DNA of 11,891 bases from contig JAHQWH010000001.1 in assembly GCA_029856105.1 (NCBI GenBank), forward strand, positions 1 through 11,891, written 5' to 3'. The position numbers were made by a program, and so were the translations under genes. The notes under the pieces were generated by a model. That model ran no database searches and was not told the DNA's origin. It saw only the letters and a list, made by a program, of their open reading frames with translations. Source of the stretch: Promethearchaeia archaeon (GTDB taxonomy: Archaea > Asgardarchaeota > Lokiarchaeia > Sigyniarchaeales > SOKP01). Of the stretch, positions 1-7,154 are shown in pieces. The number at the start of each line of letters is the position of its first letter. Within the stretch, counting starts at the first letter, position 1.

Positions 1-699
1 TTTTCTATTGTCTTCTCGCTAATATTGGGAGGATTTACAGGAATATTAGAAAAATTATTCGAAGGATATACTTTTGTTATTTCTGGAATATTTATTATAA
101 CACTTATTCTATGGATAAGTAAAGAGGGTTCTAAGATGAGAGAAACTCTCGATGAAAAGGTTGAGCAGTCTATCAAAACAGGTAAAATTTTTTCAATCTT
201 AATTTTAACCTTTATAGTTATAATTCGCGAAGGGATTGAATTAGTTTTGCTTTTGGTAGGTGCTACATCGTTAGGAACCTTAGATCAAGGGAGTATAACT
301 ATTGGCTCATCAATAGGTATCGGCATTGCAATCATAATTGGGATCCTTATGTTCTATGGTATAAGAACTATAAATTTATCAAAATTCTTTAAAATTACTA
401 ACGCTGTTCTTATCTTATTTGCTGCCGGATTGATTACATACGGTATTCACGAATTCATAGAAGCGGGTGCACTTAACCCTATTATTGAGGAAGTATGGAA
501 TATTAAACATATTTTACCAGAAAGCTTTCCAGATAATAATTCTCTCACTCCAGAATGGCTTGAAGTCATTGGGGCGCTATTAAAAGCCTTATTTGGTTAC
601 AACGCAAATCCTTCATTATTGGAAATAATTTTATATCCAAGCCTTATTGCGACTATTAGCGTAGTCTCAACAATAATTTGGAAAAATAATAATAAATAA
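1..699 (+). CDS. FTR1/EfeU-family iron permease, 5'-truncated by the window edge
   Basis: The frame is open from base 1 (FSIVFSLILGGF...), so the TTG at 25 is probably not the true start. It has several hydrophobic TM segments, the REGxE iron-transport motif (IIREGIE), and the typical C-terminal GLITYGIHEF..E and LKALFGY...P motifs. Confidence 0.9.
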   Translation, partial: FSIVFSLILGGFTGILEKLFEGYTFVISGIFIITLILWISKEGSKMRETLDEKVEQSIKTGKIFSILILTFIVIIREGIELVLLLVGATSLGTLDQGSITIGSSIGIGIAIIIGILMFYGIRTINLSKFFKITNAVLILFAAGLITYGIHEFIEAGALNPIIEEVWNIKHILPESFPDNNSLTPEWLEVIGALLKALFGYNANPSLLEIILYPSLIATISVVSTIIWKNNNK

Positions 700-708
700 T
701 TTTTTTTT
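700..708 (+). terminator. Oligo-T (T9) archaeal-type terminator
   Basis: T9 run directly after the FTR1 TAA, between convergent genes. Confidence 0.5.
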
Positions 709-766
709 CTATTTCTAGAAATAACGGTATATCTTCTTTCCAATTAATATTTTAATGATTCACTCT

Positions 767-1132
767 TTAAAACCATTGAGTGGCATCAGCTTCTAATGAT
801 AAGTCATTTAATGTTGCTGCTCCCACTATTTTAACCCCGGGAATTAGATCCACTTTTTCCCATCCAAACATTCTTTTTGAGGCTTCACAAACTAAAATTT
901 CAACTCCCATTTCCAGAGCTTTATCTAACATCTCTTTGACACTGGGAAAGCCTCCTATTTTTATTTTTTCTGCCTCTCCAGGTTTTAATATTCGCAGTCC
1001 TGTTCCTAAGTAGTAAATTGTTGCTTTAATATTCATTGCTTTAGCGGTCTGCGCTAAGATTAACGGTGAATATTGTCTTTCTGGATCATCACTCGTTTGA
1101 ACATATAAAATATATTGTTTTCCTTCACTCAT
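767..1132 (-). CDS. DsrE/DsrF-like family protein (sulfur relay or peroxiredoxin-like)
   Basis: 121 aa with the DsrE pattern: N-terminal strand, A.TAKAM...TIYY.G.G, a single Cys in GVEILVCEAS, and C-terminal GVKIVGAATL...AD. An SD-like GATGTGA lies upstream. Confidence 0.85.
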   Translation of the reverse strand: MSEGKQYILYVQTSDDPERQYSPLILAQTAKAMNIKATIYYLGTGLRILKPGEAEKIKIGGFPSVKEMLDKALEMGVEILVCEASKRMFGWEKVDLIPGVKIVGAATLNDLSLEADATQWF

Positions 1133-1281
1133 TTACTATCACATCGGATTATTTTAATTGTTACCATAGGTGAATTAAACACTTTTAAACGATTATATTG
1201 AAAATACTTACTCGTTTATCTATTAAATCTTTGGATTTTTTAATAAAGTTAAAAATGAACATTATCAAGTAAAATAAAAAC

Positions 1282-1827
1282 TTACTTCCGGATTAAGGTA
1301 CCAATTTTTCCACCTATTTTTTGCCTAGAATTACCCTGTACGCCATTAAATATGCCCTCCTCAATCAGGTCGTAAATAGAATGCTTTAACGCGATTAATG
1401 GTATTTTTTGAATCTCTTTTAATTCTATCAACTCGTCTATCGTAATAGACTCTCCAGGCGAAATAATAGATTTAATAAATTTTTTAATGTCAGCTAAATC
1501 AGTCGTAACGGTAATAATATCGCGGTCGTCTTTTTTCGTAAGAGAAACTTTAGACACGCTTATTTCTGACATTAAAAACCTAACCTGTTCTTCGAGTAAT
1601 TTAACTCTTCCTTTTAACTCTGATATTGCGTCTTTACTAGTCTTTCTTGGAATAGATTTTTGTGTTAAATATTTATTTAGGAGTTGTTTAAGATATGTTT
1701 CTTCAATACCAGCATTTTCTATGGTGGTAATTTTCTCTGTCTTCTTAGTACCTTTCTTAAGTTTAATCCCGCACTCTTTAGCTAACCGGTCCAATAGGGA
1801 AACGGTTAATTCGTTCAAATCTGCCAT
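1282..1827 (-). CDS. Hypothetical nucleic-acid-binding protein (N-terminal Rho-N/HeH-like, central coiled coil, C-terminal winged-helix-like)
   Basis: 181 aa with ATG start. DLNELTVSLLDRLAKECGIK...KKTEKI resembles Rho-N/SAP/HeH motifs, ISELKGRVKLLEEQVRFL is a heptad coil, and SITIDEL...LKHSIYDLIEEGIF is wHTH-like. Confidence 0.65.
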   Translation of the reverse strand: MADLNELTVSLLDRLAKECGIKLKKGTKKTEKITTIENAGIEETYLKQLLNKYLTQKSIPRKTSKDAISELKGRVKLLEEQVRFLMSEISVSKVSLTKKDDRDIITVTTDLADIKKFIKSIISPGESITIDELIELKEIQKIPLIALKHSIYDLIEEGIFNGVQGNSRQKIGGKIGTLIRK

Positions 1828-1894
1828 TTAAAGCCATCCACGAATAATTTTTTATTTTTCTTTAATCTATGTTAGGAGAATTATTACTTAAATA

Positions 1895-1918
1895 AAATTT
1901 TGTCAGTTGACAAAATTT
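1895..1918. promoter_or_regulatory. Perfect inverted repeat AAATTTTGTCA-GT-TGACAAAATTT, probable transcription-factor operator
   Basis: 11-bp arms with a 2-bp spacer, in the divergent intergenic region just upstream of a TATA-like TTTATTATATAT (1926-1937). Confidence 0.6.
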
Positions 1919-2007
1919 AACAAAATTTATTATATATGGAATCTACTTCTAAATTGAAGGGTACAGATATAGACATGTACTCTAATTGTTTTATTAGGTT
2001 ATTAAAA

Positions 2008-2256
2008 ATGGTAAAAGGAACAGTTAAATGGTTTGACAGCCGCAAAGGCTTTGGATTTATAACTCGTGAAGATGGTTCAGGTGATATTTTCGTTCACTTC
2101 TCAGCAATTAAAGGAGATGATGACGAATTTAAAATTATCTACGAAGGAGATATCGTAGAATTTGAAATCACAGATGGACAGAAAGGACCTCAAGCAACTG
2201 ACTTAACAATTGTCGAAAGAGGCCCACGCGAGGATACTAGATCAAGACGTTATTAA
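2008..2256 (+). CDS. csp: Cold-shock domain protein (CspA family), 82 aa
   Basis: [12 protein letters not shown]1 KGFGFI, RNP2 [17 protein letters not shown] and KGPQA. The true start is most likely the ATG at 2008, where homology begins and an AGGTT lies upstream, not 1936. Confidence 0.95.
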   Translation: MVKGTVKWFDSRKGFGFITREDGSGDIFVHFSAIKGDDDEFKIIYEGDIVEFEITDGQKGPQATDLTIVERGPREDTRSRRY

Positions 2257-2348
2257 GAATTAACGTAGTAGTTAATTTAGAACACGCATTAAAAAACAAA
2301 ATATATATAAGGAAATATCAGAAGAATAGAAACGCACAAAATGCTCTT

Positions 2349-2401
2349 GGGAGAAAATTTTTACTTTTTATTGGTTTTGATTGAATTTCCCCCTTTTTTT
2401 T
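2349..2401 (+). terminator. Possible csp terminator (weak stem followed by T8)
   Basis: GGGAGAAAATT ... AATTTCCCCC imperfect stem followed by a T-run at 2394-2401. Confidence 0.35.
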
Positions 2402-2470
2402 ATTATTATTTTTAAATCATAAGTATAATGTCAAATTATATATGACTAAAATTATATTACAGAACTTGAA

Positions 2471-3502
2471 ATGGTAATCCTTTTCGAATCCTTTGGTAAC
2501 TTTACCACCGGGCAGACTTCATACTTGGCTCTCGTTTCAAAGAAATCCAGAGGTACCATTACGTTAACTGACAAAGAGTTTTCTTTTAAATCCGAAAAAG
2601 ATAACATATTATTTCAACTGAGAATACACGATATTGAAAATTTTTCTGTAAGAAATCGATTAAAACTTCCAACGATCGAATTAATAAGCGTTCAAGGAAT
2701 CGTTTACACGTTTTATCCTCATAGAAGAGAAAATAGTTCGCTTTCTACCTCAAAAAAATCAACAGAAGAACTTTTTAGACAACTAACAAGGATTACTTAC
2801 AAAAAGGAAAGCCCGATTTTATTTGAAACTAAGGGCGGGTTTATGGACGATGGCTCCATTGGTGAAAATTCTGCGCCTGAAACGCTAAAAGGGATTATTT
2901 TTTTAAACGAAAATTATTTATTTTTTAAGCCATTTAACGAGAAAACGATGTACCAAATTGCTATATTGAATATTCTGAGTATTATGAAAGGTGATACCGA
3001 TTTGGGTCCATCTGTAAAGATTCAAACTAATCAAAACAAAATTTATTCGTACATAGCGCTTAAAAAACAATTGGGTTTGTACGTAAAAGATAAATCGAAA
3101 ACGGAAAAATTGTTTGAAATTATTAACCAAGCGAAGATATATAAAACATCAGAGCAAATTCGATTAGAAAAAGAAGACAAGGAACGGATCGAAAGGGTCA
3201 AATCGATGATGGAAGTCTCAAATCGACTAAGGCTTGATATGATGCGTATTGCGTTAGATATGGACGAAAAGGCTTTTACGGAAAAGGTGTTCCAATGGGC
3301 AAAACGATTTAAGTTCTTAATAGATGGGGACTACTTGATCGTTAATCAAGATACAGTTGAGGATTTCCTCAACGATTTATCTACTGGAGCGAGCGTCTTA
3401 TTACATAGAGGGTTAAAAGTAAGTTGCCAATTTTGCGAGAAAAAGATTGATCGCAACGCAAAAATATGTCCGTATTGCGGGAAGGAAGTGTCTAATTCGT
3501 AA
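2471..3502 (+). CDS. Hypothetical protein: 2x PH/GRAM-like repeat + winged-helix/PCI-like domain + C4 zinc ribbon
   Basis: 343 aa. An ungapped internal duplication has a 113-aa period (ILFE 3/116, G 28/141, P 67/180, Y 79/192, TEELF/TEKLF 98/211). It is followed by a helical domain at aa ~241-303 and CxxC...CxxC at C319/322/333/336. Confidence 0.75.
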   Translation: MVILFESFGNFTTGQTSYLALVSKKSRGTITLTDKEFSFKSEKDNILFQLRIHDIENFSVRNRLKLPTIELISVQGIVYTFYPHRRENSSLSTSKKSTEELFRQLTRITYKKESPILFETKGGFMDDGSIGENSAPETLKGIIFLNENYLFFKPFNEKTMYQIAILNILSIMKGDTDLGPSVKIQTNQNKIYSYIALKKQLGLYVKDKSKTEKLFEIINQAKIYKTSEQIRLEKEDKERIERVKSMMEVSNRLRLDMMRIALDMDEKAFTEKVFQWAKRFKFLIDGDYLIVNQDTVEDFLNDLSTGASVLLHRGLKVSCQFCEKKIDRNAKICPYCGKEVSNS

Positions 3503-3555
3503 AAAATTTAAGCGGAAAATCAGAGAAAATTAAAAAAATTTATTTTAAGTAAGAG

Positions 3556-3663
3556 TTAATCTCCCCATTGGACTAAGCGTCGTTCTCCTTCTAGCGATTT
3601 AATGTGAGTAACATCTTGCGATACTTCTAATGTACCGATATATTTGTCTTGGGTGTCTCTTAT
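3556..3663 (-). pseudogene. C-terminal remnant of a DUF438/PAS_10-type protein
   Basis: Manual translation gives IRDTQDKYIGTLEVSQDVTHIKSLEGERRLVQWGD*, matching my recollection of the DUF438-PAS C-terminus (vRD..g.YlGtLEvsQDit.ik.LeGErRLl.W). It has no start codon and no N-terminal part. Confidence 0.75.
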
Positions 3664-3690
3664 TTTTTGTGCCCTAACTCCAGTTAATAT

Positions 3691-4137
3691 TTAATTTTTC
3701 TCTTCAAATTCCATAAGATTATTTAGTAATCTCTTCAAAAAACTTTCGAAACGATCTATTTCTTCCTCAGAAAAACCGTTATAAAACAAATTCAACATTT
3801 CGTTTGATACATTAATATAATTCTGTTCAAATTCTTTATCCACTTTAATTAAATTAATTATTATTTTCCTTCTATCCTTTTTTGAAGGAGATCGTTTAAT
3901 ATATCCTGCTTCTTCAAGACGATCTAACATAGAAGTTAAAGTAGATTTGCTTAATTGTGTTTCTTTTGAAAGTTCATGGATGGGTAAACTGTTTTTGTTC
4001 CAAAGAACAAACATTATTCTACCTTGTGCGGGATTTAATTTATCTAACTTATTATTTTTAAGTTTCCGGTTAAATACTCGTCCTGAGAGTTGATGGATCT
4101 TAGCAATAAGAATTCCTGCTTCTCGTTGTTGACTCAT
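3691..4137 (-). CDS. MarR-family transcriptional regulator
   Basis: 148 aa. LNPAQGRIMFVLW...IHELSKETQLSKSTLTSMLDRLEEAGYIKR.PS..DRR is the MarR wHTH with the DxR motif. The start overlaps the upstream stop (ATGA, 4134-4137). Confidence 0.95.
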   Translation of the reverse strand: MSQQREAGILIAKIHQLSGRVFNRKLKNNKLDKLNPAQGRIMFVLWNKNSLPIHELSKETQLSKSTLTSMLDRLEEAGYIKRSPSKKDRRKIIINLIKVDKEFEQNYINVSNEMLNLFYNGFSEEEIDRFESFLKRLLNNLMEFEEKN

Positions 4138-4607
4138 TTTGATTGTCCTAATTCGAAATTGATTTGATTTAATTTATAATAAAATCTGGCCTGTGTTGGA
4201 TGTAACCTAATTAAAGAATAGTCTGGATCTTCTACTCCTTTTAAGTAATACTTTGTCCACCAATCTAACCATATTTCTTTTTTAATTTCTAAATCTGTAA
4301 TGACATCAGCTAAACCTCCCAACATGAAACCTTTAAAATCTTCTGCATCACAGTAATAAACACATATCGCGGGGTTTTTTTTTATGTGAACAGTTTTAGA
4401 AGATGATGTATTGGTCGAAATGAAGATAAGAAACTCATCCGATTGTTTTTGAAAAAATCTGGAAAATTCAGGGAATTGTTCTTTGTTTTTTAAATTAAAA
4501 ATAGCTCTTGTTATTGGAAAACCTTCATTGTCAATAGTTGTAAGATAAGCCGCTTTTGATGTTTCCATTAATTCTAAACCCATTTTTTTAGCTTCCTCTA
4601 ATTCCAT
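4134..4607 (-). CDS. Pyridoxamine 5'-phosphate oxidase-like (FMN-binding split barrel, general stress protein 26-like) protein
   Basis: AYLTTID.EGFP.TR, FISTNTSSSK..HIKKNP...VY, G.ML.G, W...YY..GV.DPDY..IRL.P. SD-like CAGGTG upstream. Confidence 0.88.
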   Translation of the reverse strand: MELEEAKKMGLELMETSKAAYLTTIDNEGFPITRAIFNLKNKEQFPEFSRFFQKQSDEFLIFISTNTSSSKTVHIKKNPAICVYYCDAEDFKGFMLGGLADVITDLEIKKEIWLDWWTKYYLKGVEDPDYSLIRLHPTQARFYYKLNQINFELGQSK

Positions 4608-4638
4608 CTTTTACACCTGTATATTTTTAAGTTATATT

Positions 4639-4977
4639 TTATAGAGTATTCCTAATCTCCTCTAAATTCTGTTTAGCAGAAGGATCTTTTTCCAAACTAT
4701 TTTTCAGTTTATCGCAAATGAAATCTTCGCAATAAGCACAGTTAGTAAATTGTTTTTCTTTACAACATATTCTTATACCACAGTTCTCACACCAACTAAA
4801 GTGTCTTCCTTCAACATTGCATCCATCACAATAGATATCTTCAGGTTTAAAAGACATTGACTCACTTGACCAATTTTCCGCAATTTTTTTTATTTCTTTT
4901 TTATCATCTTTTTGAGTTGCTAAATACGCGGGGCATTCTGAACAATTAATTCCGCAATAAGCTATTATTCTATTCAT
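4639..4977 (-). CDS. DUF3795-family Cys-rich protein
   Basis: 112 aa with 12 Cys: IAYCGINCSECPAY, CDGC, CENCGIR.CC, NCAYC..F.C. SD-like GAGGT upstream. Confidence 0.88.
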   Translation of the reverse strand: MNRIIAYCGINCSECPAYLATQKDDKKEIKKIAENWSSESMSFKPEDIYCDGCNVEGRHFSWCENCGIRICCKEKQFTNCAYCEDFICDKLKNSLEKDPSAKQNLEEIRNTL

Positions 4978-5039
4978 AATTCTAACCTCTTTCTCTTTTA
5001 AATTATCATTTTATAATTTTTGAGATCTATTCTATAAAG

Positions 5040-5068
5040 TAGTCCTATATAGTACTATATTATATAAA
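5040..5068 (-). promoter_or_regulatory. TATA box plus near-perfect palindromic operator of the DUF3795-PNPOx-MarR operon
   Basis: Minus-strand TTTATATA (5068-5061) is followed closely by the 18-bp palindrome TAGTCCTATATAGTACTA (5040-5057, one mismatched pair). Confidence 0.65.
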
Positions 5069-5111
5069 ACGAATGTACTATATAAAATTTTTGCTTTTAT
5101 TCATATTCCCT

Positions 5112-6008
5112 TTAGCTTAAGATGACTTTATACAAATCCTTAGCAAATTGTGGTTGAAATTTTAATAATTTATCGGAATCCAAGGTTAAAATTCTGAATT
5201 TTACAAAGATTTCGTTGCTAAAGTCTAAAACGTGAAAGTGTGGTCGAAAACCAAAAATCTCTCCGTACTTACCGCATAATTTATTGAATTGGTCTATTTT
5301 GATACGGAATTCTCCGTACGGAACGCGCATTGTGAAAGTATAAGAATGTACTATCTTTTTGCGGTCTTCAGAAAACGAGTTAAAGAAGTTTTTAACATCG
5401 CTCTCTTCTTGTTTTCTAAGTTCCTCGTTGTAAATATCGAGATCTAATCGAGCGTTGCCAACGTCTTGGGGAGCCCGAATTTGTCTTTTAAAGTGAAAAT
5501 ATTTCTTTCTTGATTTGGGCTTAATCGTATAGTTTAAAACTATTGACGATATAACATCAGAATTGGAAATTTCTACGATAACGCGTTCTAGTGTTTCAAT
5601 AACGACTTTGGTAAGCGTGATAGACTTAATTACGCCCTTATGGCCAGAAATTTTAACTACATCCCCAATATCAATGGGGTCTACGATCCATAATAATACG
5701 CCCGCAACAAAATTAGAAAATATTCCGCTCGTTACGAACGCTAAAGCCGTGCTTAACGCACCGGTAACTATTGCAGTAGTTTCAGGTGGGAGCGCCGTGA
5801 ACGAGGGAAATCCGTTTATTACAAAGTAAAGTAGGGTTAAAATCGACGCTATTCTAATCACAAAAATTAAATTATTTTTTTTTCCTACAGGTATTTTCAC
5901 TATTTGACTAAGCAAATACGATAACAACTTGTTAACAATAACCAACGAAATGGCAATGATAAAAACAAAAAGAAACGCTTCAGGATCACTATTAAAAATT
6001 GAGGTTAT
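5112..6008 (-). CDS. MscS-family mechanosensitive channel protein (paralogue B); start probably ATA at 6008, alternative TTG at 5945
   Basis: SNFVAGVLLWIVDPIDIGDVVKISGHKGVIKSITL...ISNS is the MscS TM3b plus beta-domain. The frame is open 21 codons upstream of the TTG, and these codons complete TM1 (AFLFVFIIAISLVIV). Confidence 0.85.
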   Translation of the reverse strand: MTSIFNSDPEAFLFVFIIAISLVIVNKLLSYLLSQIVKIPVGKKNNLIFVIRIASILTLLYFVINGFPSFTALPPETTAIVTGALSTALAFVTSGIFSNFVAGVLLWIVDPIDIGDVVKISGHKGVIKSITLTKVVIETLERVIVEISNSDVISSIVLNYTIKPKSRKKYFHFKRQIRAPQDVGNARLDLDIYNEELRKQEESDVKNFFNSFSEDRKKIVHSYTFTMRVPYGEFRIKIDQFNKLCGKYGEIFGFRPHFHVLDFSNEIFVKFRILTLDSDKLLKFQPQFAKDLYKVILS

Positions 6009-7009
6009 TTTTCGTCACCCTCGTCTTCTATTTTTAAATCATCAAGACTTTCTTGGTATTTATCCCATCCCTTATAAATTCTATCGGGATATAAAGCAAA
6101 GAGAATGTCTCTAAGAAAAGAATCTAAGTAATTCAAAATAATTACCGGGTTCTCTGATTTTATATGCAATATAACGCGAACACGTCCAAATCTCGTGGTG
6201 TCAACAGCATAATCCGGTTTGGTGCCGAATATTGGTTCATAAGCGTTAAATACATTCAGTAGCAACTCATCGAGCTTTACTGGGTCTAATGACCCTAAAA
6301 TCTCTACTTTTTTAATATAGGTTGTTGTTTTTATCTTCGCCGATAAGATCTTATTTATCATCTTAATATAGGCTTTATAGTGCTTACTTTTGCGAAATTC
6401 TTCTTTCTTTAATGGTTCGAATATTTTAAACTTATCGTGAGTGAACTTTACTATAGTAGAACCATAGACATTACTGTTTGGAATTATAATCTCAACTCCG
6501 TCAAATTCCCGTATTTTAGTATAATTTAAATTGATTTCTCTTACAATTCCTTGTATACCGTTGGTTTCTATCAAATCCCCTATTTCAAATTGCCTTGACG
6601 ATAATAAAAGCGCTCCTGAAGCCATATTATTAATGATATTTTTAAAATTTAACGATACAGCAACGATTAAAAATGGAACTATGGCGTAAAATAAAGCATC
6701 TTCAATAACATACAGTAACCAGAATAAGAAAATACTCCATATAATAGATATAGCAATTGAAACAAAAGTTCGATAAGAGCGCTTTTTGAATAAATACACA
6801 GAAAAACTATTCAACGGTTTTCGAACGATGTAAATAATTATATTAATTACAATCAAATTTTTTACAGATTGCTCCCAAGGGGAAAGATAAATTACCCATA
6901 ACGCAGTGATAATGAGAATAAAGTAAATGAGAAAGTAGAATTTTTTTTTCATAATTTTATATTTTGATGGTTTATTTATAAAACTGTTGTAAAATTCCAC
7001 AAACCCCAA
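6005..7009 (-). CDS. MscS-family mechanosensitive channel protein (paralogue A); start TTG at 7009 or ATG at 6952
   Basis: About 4 N-terminal TM segments, then INNMASGALLL...FEIGDLIETNGIQGIVREINLNYTKIREFDG...IPNS, the MscS signature. Confidence 0.88.
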   Translation of the reverse strand: MGFVEFYNSFINKPSKYKIMKKKFYFLIYFILIITALWVIYLSPWEQSVKNLIVINIIIYIVRKPLNSFSVYLFKKRSYRTFVSIAISIIWSIFLFWLLYVIEDALFYAIVPFLIVAVSLNFKNIINNMASGALLLSSRQFEIGDLIETNGIQGIVREINLNYTKIREFDGVEIIIPNSNVYGSTIVKFTHDKFKIFEPLKKEEFRKSKHYKAYIKMINKILSAKIKTTTYIKKVEILGSLDPVKLDELLLNVFNAYEPIFGTKPDYAVDTTRFGRVRVILHIKSENPVIILNYLDSFLRDILFALYPDRIYKGWDKYQESLDDLKIEDEGDEK

Positions 7010-7154
7010 TTTATAGTTATTAAAACCTAAAATTTTGGTAAATAAATTATTATTTTTTTAGGATTAAATTTAATAAACTATTTATGTCAAACTAACCTAA
7101 ATTTTATTTAGCGACAAAATACATTTCTGTAAAAAATGTGAGGTATGCAAAAAA

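Noticed and set aside
780-1013. 77-aa + strand ORF
   Set aside because: Antisense shadow of the DsrE gene, with no motifs.
1487-1831. 114-aa + strand ORF
   Set aside because: Antisense shadow of the 181-aa gene.
1936-2007. 24-aa N-terminal extension of Csp in the ORF track
   Set aside because: That ATG overlaps the TATA-like element, and CSD homology begins at 2008.
2259-2278. AATTAAC/GTTAATT hairpin after the csp stop
   Set aside because: Weak 7-bp AT-rich stem with no other support.
2918-3130. 70-aa minus strand ORF
   Set aside because: Shadow within the 343-aa gene.
5563-6114. 88-aa and 61-aa + strand ORFs
   Set aside because: Antisense to the MscS genes, with no recognisable features.
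7020-7105. Repeated AACCTAAA motif in the divergent MscS / zinc-ribbon intergenic region
   Set aside because: Short and AT-rich, so indistinguishable from chance without comparative data.
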